Below, in pieces: positions 11,450-25,516 of a DNA stretch of 64,000 nt. The DNA comes from Lama guanicoe (taxonomy: Eukaryota): positions 1,391,567 through 1,455,566 of the forward strand of contig MU053629.1 in the NCBI GenBank assembly GCA_013239625.1. Reading direction: 5' to 3'. Position numbers and translations under genes: made by a program. The notes beneath the pieces are model-generated. The model worked only from the letters and a program-made list of their open reading frames with translations. It searched no databases and was not told the origin of the DNA. Every line of letters begins with the position of its first letter. Position 1 is the first letter of the stretch.

Positions 11450-13200
11450 AAAAGAAAAGAAAATGTCGCTTATTCTTACTAATATTATATAAATCAAAGA
11501 CTCCTAGATAAAATGCTAGCAAATAGAATATAGTGCTGTACTAAAGCAATGGAGACCAAGTAGGATCTATTCCAATGATGCAAGACTGATTTAATCAGTA
11601 ATGGATTTGGAATTTTATCAAAATCTATTTGGGCATTTTAATTTTTCTTCTCCCAAAAAATCATACTAATATTAGAAGAAAAAAAGTGCTGTTATTATAG
11701 AAATAGACATGGATTATCCATGTCATAACTACTAGTGGTGCACTAATGACTTTCCATTACAGTCAGGAATCTGAGTGAGGGACGAGGCACTAGATGACGA
11801 AAAGAACCAAGAATAAATACTGAAGAGGAAAGACCAAGGTATCGACACACCTAGAACGTTTCAGGAGGATCAGCTGGAAGTGGGGAGGAATGTGTCACAG
11901 TAGCTGTCTCTGGAGAGCAGGGCTGAGCAGGAGGTCTGCCTTTCCAGCCTTCAATTAAAAATTAAATGCAGATACTAATTTGGTAAATAAGTTAACATGG
12001 AGCTAAAAAGTAAAGTTTAGTCAGATGGCCAAATGGAAAATAAATAGGCAAAACAATTGCTTTCCTGTATATAGCAAAGGATCCTATTCGCAGTTGCAGT
12101 GAAAGCTCAGAGTACTTAATACAGTTAATGAGAACTATGCAAGACCCCGATGAACAAATTATAAAGCGTTACAGGACAGACAGAGCCATGGCACGTTCTT
12201 GGGTGAGAAGACCCAACATGACAGAGATGTCAGTTTTCCCCAAAATTACTCCCTAAACTTATTCTAGTTACTTAAGCATTTCTTCCATACACAGATATTC
12301 TTAAGAGAGACTAAAAAGGTTTTAAAACAAACATAATGGAGCAGGGAAGAGATGAAGCAAGTCATGGCCTAGAAGTACTAAAGCAGCAGGTGCTGGGCAG
12401 GAATGTGTAGGTCGGGATGTGTTATATGGCAAAGGAAGAATTTCAAATCAGTGGAGGAAAGAAGAAAGTAGTCAATAAATGGTATTACTGTAAATGACAA
12501 TTTATGTGGGAAACATGAATTTTGTCCCTAACTCATATCTTCCCAAAGTAGTTAGAGGTTTCGGGATTTAGTGTGAAAAATGAAACCACAGGGACATTAT
12601 AGGAAAACATCATCTTTTTGATCGTGTTGTAGGAGGGAGATCCTTCCAAGTATATCACCAAGGCCAGAAACTCATAAATTTAACTGTATAATGGTAAACG
12701 ATGCCATAAACAAAAGTACAAAAAGATGATAAACTTGAAACAAAAATTTGTAATACATATATGAAAAAGGAGGAAAAATGCATGTGCTCAATTTACATCT
12801 GAAGAAAATAAGTGTCACTTATTCAAGAAAGTGTAAGTGAAGCAAAACTGGTCAAAACGATACAGATGAATCCATCGTTAGTGAGTTTTGGGAAGTGGGC
12901 GTGCTCATACTGATGGAGTGTAGGCTGGTACAACTGTTTTCAGAGGGTGGTGGTCACCATTTTTAACAGGCGTTTTTTTTTTAGACATAGTCGTTTCACT
13001 TGTGAATGTGGACAGTAACGTATATAAAAGGTATTCATGGAAACAGTGTCCACCAGTAGGGCCCTGGTTTAGTATCTTGTGGCGTTTAAGAAAGATAAAA
13101 CTGATCAACAGCTAGGCCACAGAAAGGTAGGTGTAAAATACTGTAGAGCAAAAAACACTATCCATGGAAGTATGAACAGAAACTCCATGAATTCTACCAT
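11450..13200 (+). mobile_element. Highly degenerate ancient L1 (L1ME-like) ORF2 remnant
   Basis: Scattered ORF2-like motifs (ctagcaaatagaat, gaccaagtagg, attgctttcctgtatat, agatgtcagttttcccc) in an A-rich strand. Confidence 0.55.
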
Positions 13201-13856
13201 TTGTATAAGGGTTTTAAAAAAATATGTGCATTAAAATCCTTGAGCAGCATACGCCTTCTGTACACCATGGCACATGTATATTGTTTTTTCCCCTCATGAA
13301 ATACAGTCAAATACAAATGAAAAAGTTAAGCAGTTTCCTCAGATCCTTCACGAGAGACGTGAAGGTACGTAGAGAAAAAACAAAGCTGGGCTGAGATTTG
13401 GGTGCTGGGTGCCTAGGGGACTGTCCACTGGCCACCTGACACTTCTACATATGAGCTCTCAAGTGAGGTTCATATTCGTGATGCTGCAAAATATTTAAGT
13501 AATACATTTCAAGACCATTCAGACAGTGAAAATGGCAAGTGTCAAATCTGTGAATGTCAAGGTGTTGTATCTAGACAGTCTTCCTTTTAAAGAAGTGTTT
13601 ATGTGTATATGTTTACATCAAAGAAGGAAAAACCTTTCTGTGTGTATGGTATAACTCAGGGACAAATTAGAAGAGCATAAAGAGTAAAATAAACATCCTT
13701 TATAATCCTGTAAGGATAATTGTATGTAATAATAAAGCTTGCAGTGAAGGCCTGTGGAAGCAGATCTGTGTTCTGGGCAATGGTAAGGGGTTAAAGTCCT
13801 CCTCCTGCCCCCTTCCGTTTTGGGAGTCATAGCCACAGCAGTCAGAAGGAAAAAAA

Positions 13857-15535
13857 AAAAAAAGAAATCCAAATTGGAAACAAAGAAGTAAAGCTGTCAC
13901 TGTTTGCAAAGGACATGATGCTATACATAGAAAACCCTACAGAAGCAACATGAAAGCTACTAGAACTCATCGATGAGCTTGGTGAAGTTGCAGGATAGAA
14001 AATCTATCCTACACTTTCTATACACTACCAATGAAATAGCAGAAAAATAAATTAAGGAAACAATACCATTTAACATTGCACCAAAAATAAAATACCTAGC
14101 AATGAAGGTACCCAAGGACACAAAAGACCTGTACTCCAAAAACTGTAAGATGCTGATAAAAGAAACTGAAGGTGACATTAACAAACGGAAAGATATACCA
14201 TGTTCTTGAGTTGGAAGAATCAATATTGTTAAAATAGCCATACTACCCAAGGCAATCTATAGATTCAGTGCAATCCGTATCAAATTACCAATGACATTTT
14301 TCATAGACCTGGAACAAAAGAATGTTAAAATTTGTGTGGAAACACAAAAGACCCCAAAGAGCCAAAACCATCTTGGAAAAGAACAGAGCTGGGGGAATCA
14401 TGCTCCCTGACCTCAGACTATGCTACAAAGCTACAGCAAACAAAACGTGGCACTGGTACTGGCACAGAAACAGACACAAAATCAATGGGACAGGACAGGA
14501 AGTCCAGAAATACACGCACACACAGATGGTCAGTTCATCTACGACAAAGGAGGCAGGAACATACAAGGGAGAAAAGAGTCTTTTCAAGAGGTGGTACTGG
14601 GGAAACTGGACAGCTACATGTAAAAGACTGAAATTAGAACATTTGCTAACACGCACAAAACCAAATTCAAAATGGATTAAAAGACTTAAATGTAAGACCA
14701 GATACTACAAAACTCCTAGAGGAAAGCATGGGCAGAACATTCTTAGACATAAGTCACAGCACTGTATTTTTTGAACTAGCTCCTGCAGTAATGGAAATAA
14801 AAGCAAAAATAAACAAATGGGATCTAATTTAATTTAAAAGCTTTTGCACAGCTAAGGATACCATCAACAAAACGAAAAGACAACCTACAGAGGGGGAGAA
14901 ACTATTTGCAAATACTGCAACTGACAGGGGACTCATTTCCGATATATACAAACACAGCGCCTACATCTTAATATCAAAAAACCAAATAATCCAATCAAAA
15001 ATGGTCAGAAGACCTAAACAGACATCTCTCCAAAGCAGACAGAGATGGCCAACAAGCACATGAAAAAATGCTCAGCATCATTAATTGTTAGAGAAATGCA
15101 AATCAAAACTACAATGAGCTAGCACCTCGTATCAGCCAGAATGCTGGAGAGGGTGTGAAGAAAAAGGAACTCTTCCACACTGTGGTGGGAATGTAAATTG
15201 GTGCAGCCACTATGGAGGACAGTGTGGAGGTTTCTTAAAACACTAAAAACAGACTTACCGTATGATCTAGCAATTCCACTCCTGGGCATATACCCAGAGA
15301 AAAATATAATTCAAAAAGACACATGACATGCACCCTAATGTTCATAGCAGTGCTCTTTACAATGGCCAGGGCCTGAAAACAACCCAGATGTCCATCAACA
15401 GATGACTGGATAAAGAATAAGCAGTATATATACACAATGGAATACTACTCAGCCTAAGTGAAGTAAGCCAGAAAGAGAAAAATGCCATATCATATCACTT
15501 ATATGTGGAATCTAAAAGGACACAAATGAATACTT
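13857..15535 (+). mobile_element. L1 ORF2 3' fragment in sense orientation, with internal deletions
   Basis: ctgtttgcaaaggacatgatgctatacatagaaaaccc (FADD-like motif), KFVWKHKRP...[15 protein letters not shown]; continues to the ORF2 end. Confidence 0.92.
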
Positions 15536-16989
15536 ATTAATAACTTACATGATTGATTTCTTGAATACATAGGCATATTTGACTGTGCTTTATGATTGGA
15601 TTATTGCATTCTGTTGGTTCTTACTCTGTGGTTGCCTTTATTCCTTTGATAACTACGTAGAGCTTTACAGCTTTTTAAACTTAAACTGTTCTTAGAAACA
15701 ATGAAACAGTACACACCTGTAATTTTTAAGTGGTTTTATCTCTAAATGAGTTGCTTTTCCTAGAATAAACTGTTTACCTCCCCCCAAAATCTTATCAGTA
15801 AATGTAATACAGCAGAACAGATAAAACCCATAGGGAGTTGACTGTGTTGTTGGGGTAGTTCTCTACAAATCCAGCTAGGATTTGTTATGTTTCTTGATTA
15901 AAACTCCCTAGAGGCTGCCCACGGGCATGCCAGTCTTCTAACCTGAGCACTGTCTAGGGTACAGAACAGGCACGGGGCTCCTGAGCCTGCCGTAGTGTCG
16001 GGACGACGTGTGAGAACACAAAGAGGGCTCCTAGAGGCAGCCCGAGCCACCATTTTTTAATCCTGAGAGTTAGGAAAACTAGGCTCAGCTTGTACTGCTT
16101 GCTCATGAATCGTCTGGCGGGCCCTTCTGTTCCACTTTGGATTATGACGTGTGGCCTCATTTGCAAAGGAAGGAACTCTGTACTGCCTATTGCGTAAGCC
16201 GGCTGTGTGACCACCTGCTGGTCAACCTGGGCTTAAGCCTTTTGAAAAGACAAAGAAGAATACAAAGGAAGAAAATGCTGGAAAGCAAAAAGATGCTTGG
16301 GGAAGGTGAAAGGAGCCTCTTTTGTGTCAGGGAGAAGATAAGGACTGGATAGTTGCTGGAGAGAGAGGCTTTGTTTTCAGAAAAGGAGCAGGATGCTGCA
16401 GGGCCAGGGCCAGGTGCTGTGCTCGGGGACCTGCTCGTGGAAAGCAGCCGGGGCCCCCGTGGAGAGCGAGGGCGGCCCGGGCGCTGCAGAGGCGCCCCCC
16501 AGTGTCGTGGCGGGAGCAGGAACCAGCGCGTGGTCCAGTATTTCTATGCATTTTACATTTTGGTCTCAAAACGTGCAAGTAATTTGCTGTGAAATGTTAA
16601 TATAGTCTTTCAATAATCTCAACATTCCTAAGGGTATCATAGTCTTGAAATGCGAGGTTCTAAATAATTATCAAAGGAGATTTCACAATGCCACCTGCTA
16701 ACTTCCCAGTAGCCCCCCCTGCATGACCGCACGCTCCCACACATGGGGAGGGGCCCTGAGTGCACCGGTGAGGCTAACTGTAGGGGAAAAATGACGCCCC
16801 ACTGTCGAGTCGGTTCTGCCTGTCAGTGCTGTGTGGCTTGGGGAGACCCAGGGAACGGTGTCTCGCTGGCGTCACACGGCCACTTGCTTAGTGTGGGACT
16901 GAGAGGCTGAGTGACTTAGCATCTCAGTCATTCTTGGCTACTCCGTTTGTTTATGAACATTTCAAGCAGATACTGATTTTCGCTTATTT

Positions 16990-18600
16990 TACAAAAGTTT
17001 TTTATGTTGGTAAAATATACATACATTTTCCCATGTTAATTTTTCAGTGTACCATTCAGCAGCATTCAGTAAACTCACAATATTACGCTGCCATCACCCA
17101 CCACTAGTTCCAGAACTTCTGTTTACCTTCTGGAACAGACACTGTACCAATTAAACAGTAACCCTCATTCCTGTCTTCCTAGCCCTGGTACCTCTGGTCT
17201 ATTTTCTATGAGTCATACTGTTATCCTTCTATGACTGGCTTATTTCACTTAGCATGTTTTCAAGGCTCATCCATATTATGGCATGTATCAGAACTGCCTT
17301 CCTTTTTAAGACTGAGTAATACTCCACTACACATACATACCACATTTTGTTTACCCTGTAATTTGTTGAGTAAACGGGTTGTTTTTGCATTTTGCTTATT
17401 GTGAATAATGTTGCTGCACACGTTTAAGTGTACAAATCTGAGTCCTTGCTTTCAATTTTCCTGAGTCTATACCTTGGCTATATATATATATCTAGATCAT
17501 AAGGTGATTCCATTTTGAGGAAATGCCGAACTGTTTTCCACAGTGGCTGCAAAATTTTACATTCCCACCAGCAACGCGTGAGGATTCTAATTTCTCTATA
17601 TTATACCTAACACCTGTTATTTTACTTTTTTAAATAATAGCCATCATATTGTGAAGTGGTGTCTCATTGTGCTTTTGACTTGCATTTTACTAATGATTAA
17701 TGATGTTGAATGACGTGCTTATTGGCCATTTGTGTGTCTTCTCTGGGGAAATGTCATGAAGCTTTTCCCCTGCATTTTCTTCTAAGAGTTTGGAGTTAAT
17801 TTTTGTATGTGGTATTAGGGGAGGGGCTAACTTCACTCGCATGTGGACATCCGGCTTCCCTGGCGCCATCTGGTGAAGACTGCCCTCTCCTCACTGAATG
17901 ATCCTGTTACTCTGGTCAAAGACCTGCCGACCCTAGCTTGGGAGGGTTTATTTCTGGACTCCCTATTCCGTTTCAGTTTATGTCAGCACTACAGCTGCAT
18001 ATGGAATAATCCATGAACATGGGATCTATTTCTATTTTTACATCTTTATAAATTCTTCAGCAGTGTTTTATAGTGGTTTTTTGCCAGTGTTACCTACTTG
18101 GTTCAATGTTTTACTAAGTATTTTATTCCTTTTTTATGTTAATGTAAATGGGATTGTCTTAATTTTCTTTTTGGAAAGTTTGAAACAATTTCAACTTTTC
18201 ATTGTTAGTTTACAGAAAGTTGATTTCTATGTGTTGATTTTATATCCTGTAGCTTTGCAAAGTTCATTTATTAGTTCTAGCAGGTTTTTAAAAACCAATT
18301 ATTTTTAGGGTTTTCTACATAAAAGAGCATGTCATCTGCAAACAGATAATTTTACTTTTTCCTTTTCAATTTTGATGCCTTTATTGCTTTTTCCTTCCTA
18401 ATTGCTCTGGCTAAAAATTCCACTACTTATGTTGAATAGAAGTGGCAAAAGCATCCTTGTCTTGTTCCTAACTTAAGAGAAAACTTTTAGTCTTTCACTA
18501 CTCAGTATGATTATTTGACAGGAATTTTTCATACGTGGCCTTTATCATGTGGAAGAAGATGCCTTCTTTTGCTACTTTATTGAGGGTTTACATACTAATT
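16990..18600 (-). mobile_element. Older degenerate L1 (L1MA/MB-like) 3' part
   Basis: gactggcttatttcacttagcatg, acattcccaccagca, catgtcatctgcaaacaga, gttgaatagaagtgg: minus-strand ORF2 and 3' UTR motifs. Confidence 0.85.
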
Positions 18601-21600
18601 TTTAAATGTGGAAAGTACTGTTTTTCTTTCCTGTATCTAACCCACCTCCTCCCCTGCTCCCCAAGGCCACATACAGCTTTTTACGTGACACAACCAGTAC
18701 TTACTGCTGGAAGTCTCATGATTTCAGCTTGAGCGATTATAAGCACCATGGTGATCAGCCTACAGGGATTTACAGGACCAGCCAGCCTGCGGGAAAGTCA
18801 GGGCTCCTTGTAGCTAGAGATGTGGAACTTGGGAGGTCCCTAAAGACAGCATCACTTCAAGTTTACTGTTTGTGTCTCGCTTCAAGAAATAAAAGGTCAA
18901 AACAGTATAACCTTTCCTAGGAACCATCCTTGACATAAAATAGCAAGTGGGCAATGTTGTATTCCTGAGATCTGTTAGGACAAAGGGCTCAAAAAAAAAG
19001 GAAAAGCCAAGGGAAGGCGCGAGCAGGATGCACACTCAGGCACTGGGACCAGGGAGCAAAGGCACATTCAGTAATGCCTGGTGGGGGGTTCCCAGCTGAA
19101 GAGGGCGACACAGGAAGATCCTGAGCTTCCCTCCTCCACAGACGCACCAACTCTACCCCTACGTATGGCGCAGCTGCCCCTGAAAAAGCTCTAAAAGCAG
19201 ACGGACCCCTGCACGTTGCCGAGGCACGCAGGTGAGGTGGAGACCGTCTCACCGCAACCCCACACCGGGAGGGAACGCAAAGCCCACAGCTTCTCCCTGA
19301 GGAAGGAAGGGTTTGAAACCCACAACAGGCACCCCAACTTTTAAAACCTGCACCTGAGAAACGAGGCCTCAAAACATCTAATTTTGAAAACCAGCAAGGC
19401 TTGTGTCCACGAAACCGGGGATGCTTAGAAATGTCTCTTAAAGGGCTCGGGCTCAGACTCAATTGCCTTAGGGCCCCCTGCAGAAGCAGCCATTTGAAAA
19501 GCAACCAAACGTTACGTGAAAGTGGTTATCTGTCCAAGCATCATCCTGAGGGGCAGAGGCCCACCGGCACGTTCTCCGGGGATGGAGGGCGGGCGCCGTC
19601 TGTGTGTTCCCTCTCCGCCTGGCTAACACCTGCAGGTGCTGCCTTGTGTGCGCGCTCACGCTTTTTTTGTCTTTGGTGGGTGCTATCCTTAAGCTCCCTC
19701 TCTATCTTTGCTCCTTCCAGCAGGCACCATCTTCAGGCTCTCCTCTGCCTGAGCACCTGTATCTCCTGGAGGGGAGCATTTACATGCATCTGATGCCCTG
19801 GTTTTTGCAGCTCCCGCCCAGGGCATGCCCCTTGATCTCCTGGTTGTGGACCAGAGGGGCTCGCATTCACTACTGGCGCCCCTGAGACTATAACAATTGA
19901 GACACAGTTCTTGGCAAATGACCATCCCCAGGGCACTGCACAGACAGCAGACTGAAATACACTCGGTCTTTCTAAAACTGCTTGTCCAAGAGCTCGGGTC
20001 TGAGGGATGGGCGTCCGGTCTAGCACATTTCTAGGGACCTACAGAGTTGCTCTCAGGGAACAGAGGCCAGTGGATGCAACCTTTGTGCTCTCCCTCTTCC
20101 TTGCTATAGCTCACCAGTATTTTCCAGAAAGGAACTTACACCCTTGTCTGGCATCCCAAATTCCACAGTTGCTGTCAAGGGACACCTTTATATCACCTGA
20201 CTCTGGGGCTTATGTTTACAGGTCCCGCAGGACTCTAACCAATGGAGAAAGCTCTTAAACAGCTATCACCCTCCAGACACAGCACGAAGCAGCAGACCTA
20301 GGGGTGCAGTCTTTCTTTGAAAGAGGCATATTAGCGTATCATCATAGCTACAGCCTGAGGCGTGGACTTCTAATTAAAGACACATCTAAAGGCTGGCTGT
20401 ACTCCTTTCCAAAGACCGTGGAGGATGGGCACTGTCTTTATTTCTCCCTCTGCCTTGCTCCACAGCTCCAGTATCTCCATGGCTTTTACCCATGTCTGGT
20501 GCCCCATTTTTTTTTTTTGTGGCTGGAGCCCATGGGATACCCTTTGGTTGCCTAGCTCTGGGGACCAGGGCAGGCTTGTGTTCCTGGATCCCACAGAACT
20601 GTAACAATTGGAGATACAGTTCTTGGCAGGCTACCACCTGCAGGTCACTGCCCATATAGCAAACACACGCCAAGTCTTCCTGTAAAAGAGACCAGTATGC
20701 TTGTCCTGGAGTTTTGGGGCATGCTTCTGCGTCAGCACTCGTCTAGGGGGCCTGAGGAGATACTCTCAGGGAACACAGGCTTGGGGACGCCCCCTTTGCA
20801 CTCTCTCTCTGCCTTGCCACAGCTCACTGGTATCTTGCAGAAAGGAGTTTATAACCTCGTCGGGAACCTTGATTTTTTGACTCTGGTGGGACAGCTAGAA
20901 ATCACAGGCTCTCGTGGCCAGTGGGGCTTGCTTGTGGTCCCACAGGACTGTATATATTTGCATACATTAAAAGCTGCTGCATGAGATTCTTCCCTTGGGA
21001 CAGTGACGTGTCTCAGCATACCTCCAACTGCTGGGAACTATTAAAAAAAACCAGGCATCTGCTTGGACAGTTACATAGGTTTGAGGGACAACCAAGAGCT
21101 ACCGCATGGTTGAACAATAAAGTTCGTCTTCTGAGTCCTTCAGGACTCGGAGAGGGGGCTGTGGTAGCAAATCCATAGAGTCAAGCAAAATGAAGAAACA
21201 GAGGGCTATGTTCCAAATGAAAAAATAAGAAAACCTCAAAAAAACCTCACCTTAATTACACAGATAAGTGGTTTACCTGATAAAAATGGTCATAAGGATG
21301 CTCACTGATCTCAGAAGAATAGATGAGCAATAGTAAGAACTTCAACACAGAGAGAAAATGTAAGTATCAAGTACCAACTTCAGCAAAGAGAAAATATAAG
21401 AGCTGAAGAATAACTGAAATGAAAAATACACTAAAGGGGATCACAAAAGATTTGATAAAGGAGAAAAAGGTATCAGTGAACTCAAAGACAGGGCAGTGGA
21501 ACTCACCCAATCAGAGCAGCAAAAGGAAAAAGTTTTAAAAAGTGAATTTAGCTTAGCGGACTTATGGGACAACATCAAGCAGACTAACATTTGCATTAGA

Positions 21601-24247
21601 GGAGTTCCAGAAGAAGAGAGAAAGGGGCAGAAAATTTATTTGAAGAAATAATTGCTGAAAACTTCTCTAACTCAGGAAAGGAAACAGACATCCAGATCCA
21701 GGAAGCCCAGAGAGTTCCAAAAAGTTGAACCCAAAAAGACCCACACCAAGACACATTATAATCAAAATGTCAAGTTAGAAACAAGGAGAGGATCTTAATT
21801 TTTCAGTAGAAACTTTGCAGGCCAGAATGGTATAGCACAAAATATTCAAAGTGCTGAAAGAAAAAATTTCCAACAATAATATTCTACCCAGCAAAGTTAT
21901 CCTTTCAGAGTTGAAGGGGAAAGAGTGTTTTCCAGTCCCGCAAAACCTAAAGGAGTTCATCACCACTAATGAAGGGCACTAATTAGTAACAGAATTATGA
22001 AAGTACAAATCTCACTATTGAAAGTAAACATACTGTAAAGGTAGTGGATTAATCACTTATAAAGCTAGTATGAAGATTAAAAGGCAACAGTAGTAAAACA
22101 AAAATAAATTACTACAGTAATTAAAGGATACACAAGATAAAATGCTGTGAAACCAAAAACAAAATGCTGGGAGGTTTAAAATGTGGAGCTTTAGAATGTG
22201 TTGGAACTTAAGCTTTTATCAACTTAGATTGATGTAAGTTGTAAGCCTTAGATATAATAATATAAGCTTCATGGCAACCACAAAACAAAACATACTAGAT
22301 ACACAAAAGATAATGAGGAAGGAATCTGAGCATACCACTAAAAGTCATCAGACCACAAAGGAAGAGAGCAAGAGAAGAAAGGAACAAAGAGGAACTAAAA
22401 TACAGCCAGGAAACAGTGAACAAAGTGGCACTAGGTACATGCCTACCAATAGTTACTCTAAATGTGAATGAAGTAAATTCTCCCATCAAAAGACAGAGCA
22501 GCTGAATGGATAAAAAACAAGACTTGTTTATATGCTGCCTACAAGAGACTCTTTCACAAAGAGTGAAAATGAAGGGATGGAAAAACATACTCCATTCAAA
22601 TGGAAACCAAAAGAAAGCTGGAGTAGTTCTATCAGATGAAATAGCTTTTAAAACAGAGACTGTAATAAGAGACAGTGATGGGTGTTACATCATGATAAAG
22701 GGTCAGTCCAACAAGAGGATGAAACATTTGTAAATATTTAGGCACCTAGGAGCAGCTGACTATGTAAAGCAAACATTAACAGACTTAAAGTGACAAATAG
22801 ACAGCAATACAATCAATAGTGGGGACTTTAATACCCCAATTATATTGATGCATAGATCATCCAGACAGAAAATCCATAAGGAAACATTAGCCTTTAATGA
22901 CATGTTAGATCAGATGAATTTGTTAGATGTATACACAACATTTCATACAAAAGCAACGGAATACATGTTATTCTCAAATGCACATGGACTATTCATCAGG
23001 TGTATAATATATAAAGGCACAAAACAAGTCAGTACATTTAGGAACACTGAAATCATATCAGACATCTCTTCTGCCCATGATGCTATGAAACTAGAAGCCA
23101 ACTACAAGAAGAAAATTGAAAAAAGTCACAAACGTGGAGATTAAAACAACTTGCTACTGAACAATTGATAGGTCAAAGAAGAAATCAAAAATCAAACAAT
23201 ACCTTCAGAAAAATGAAAAGGGAAGTAAAAGACACCAAACTTAGGGGATACAGCAAGATTAGTTTTAAGAGAGAAGCTCATAGCAATAAATACCTACCTC
23301 AAGCAACAAGAAAAATCTCAAAGAACCTAACTTTACACCTCAAGGAACTAGAAAAAGAACAAACGAACCCCAACCTTTGTAGAAGGAAGGAAATAACAAA
23401 GATCAGAGCAGAAATAAATGAATTTGAGACTGAAAATAGAGAAGACCAATAAAACTAAGAGTTGTTTCTCTGAAAAGACAAACAAAATTGCCGAGTCTTT
23501 AACTATGATTTACCAAACAGAAAGAGAGAACATTCAAATAGATAACAACCGGAAATGAAAAAGAGACACTACAACTTGCCAAACTATGCCAAGTATCATC
23601 AGAGACTACTCTGACCAATTAGTATGCCAACCAGCTGGACAACACACAAGAATTTCTAGAAACATACAATGTACCAAGACTGACTCATGAAGAAACAGAA
23701 AATCTGAACAGACCCATTACTAGTAGGGAAACTGATCAGTAATCAAAGTCTCCCAACAAACAAAAGTCTAGGACCAGACAGCTTCACTGGTGAACGCGCC
23801 CAAACATTCAAAGAAGAATACAGTATTTTTCAAACTCTTCCAATAAACAGAAGGGGAGGGAACCCTTCCAAACTCATTGAGGCCAGCATTACCTAATATC
23901 AAAATCAGACAAGGACACCACAAAAAAGGAGGAGAAGAAAGCTTAAAGGCCAATATTCCTGATGAACATAAACACAGAAATCCTAAAAAAAAAAAAAAAT
24001 TTAGCATACCCAATTCAGCAGTACAGTAAAAGGACCATACACCACGAGCAAGTAGGGTTTATTCCAGGCATGCACGGATGGTTCAACATCTGCAAAGTCA
24101 GTCAGTGTGATATACCACATTTACAAAATGAGAGATATAAATTATATGATCATTTCTATAGATGCAGAAAAAGTATTTAAGAAAGTTAAACATCCATTTA
24201 TGATTTTTAAAAAAAACCTCTCAAAGTGTGTATAGAGGGAGTACACC

Positions 24248-24365
24248 CCGAGAAAAAGAATAAGAAACTGAATATATGTATATTCATGTATGACTGAAGC
24301 ATTGTGCTGGCCACCAGAAACTGACACAACATTGTAAACTGACTACACCTCAATAGAGAAACAAA
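24248..24365 (+). mobile_element. Short young L1 3'-end fragment nested in the older L1, with a 14-bp target-site duplication
   Basis: agagggagtacacc at 24234-24247 and 24366-24379 flanks 'gtatgactgaagcattgtgct...gacacaacattgtaaactgactacacctcaata' plus an A-rich tail. Confidence 0.85.
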
Positions 24366-25026
24366 AGAGGGAGTACACCTCAACGTAATAAAGGCCACAT
24401 ATGCCAGGTCCAAAGCCAACATCATACTCAGCGGTGAAAAGCTGAAATCCTTCCTTCCAAGATCAGAGGCAAGACAAAGATGTCCACTCAAGCCACTTGT
24501 ATTCAACATAGTGTTGGAAGTCCTAGCCAGAGCAGTTAGGCAAGAAGGTGAAACAAAAGACATCCAAATCTGAAAGGAAGAAGTAAAACTATCACTATTT
24601 GCAGCTGACATGGTATTATATATAGAAACTCCCAAAGACTGCACCAAAAAACTGTCAGAATAAAATGAATTCAGTAAAGTTGCAGGATATTAAGTCAACA
24701 TACAAAAATCTGTTACATTTCTGTGTGTTAAGAATGAACTATCAGAAAGAGAAATTAAGGAAACAGTCCCATTGACAACTGTATCAAAAAGAGTGAAACC
24801 CAGAAATCTAACCAAGTAGGTAAAAGACCTATATTCAGAAAACTACACAACATTGATTACAGAAATCGAAGGTGATACAAACAAACAGAAAGAGACCCTG
24901 TGCTCACAGGCTGGAAGAATCAGTGGGGAAAATGACCACACTGCCCGCGGCAGTCTACAGGTTTAATGCAGTCCCTGTAAAATACCAGTGGCATTATTCA
25001 CAGAACTAGAACAGATAATTCAGAAA

Positions 25027-25052
25027 CACACACACACACACTCTCTCTCTCT
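25027..25052. repeat. Compound (CA)n(CT)n microsatellite within the L1
   Basis: cacacacacacacactctctctctctc. Confidence 0.85.
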
Positions 25053-25329
25053 CAGTACCCAAAGCCATCTTGAGAAAAAAGAACAAAGCTGGAGGTCTTA
25101 TGCTCCCTGATTTCAAACAGTCATCAAAACAGTATGGTTTTGGCATAAAAAGAACAGAATAGAGAGCCCAGAAATAAACCGTACGTACATGGTCAGTTAT
25201 TTTATGACAAAGGAACCAAGAATACACAACAGGGAAAGGACAGTGTCATTTGTGTCACTTATCTGATAAGGGATTAATATCTAAAACATATAAAAAAACT
25301 CAATAGCAAAACCCCAAACAATCTGATTA

Positions 25330-25516
25330 CAGTTGACCCTTGAGCAATGAGGGTTTAGTCCATGTATAATTTATAGTTGGCCCTTCATACCCAGTCCTTT
25401 GCATCCACGGATTCAGCTCACCACAGACCATGTAATACTGCAGTTTTTACTGCTGAAAAATATCTGCACGCAAGTGGACCTGCACAGTTCAAACCTGCGT
25501 TGTTCAAGAGTCAGCG
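25330..25516. mobile_element. Tigger2a-like (TcMar-Tigger) non-autonomous DNA transposon nested in the L1
   Basis: Imperfect terminal inverted repeats cagttgacccttgagcaa ... ttgttcaagagtcagc, preceded by TA. Confidence 0.75.

Noticed and set aside
19500..20960. Spaced repeats considered as a CRISPR-like array
   Set aside because: Eukaryotic DNA; the units are long diverged monomers in an L1 5' UTR, not short identical repeats with unique spacers
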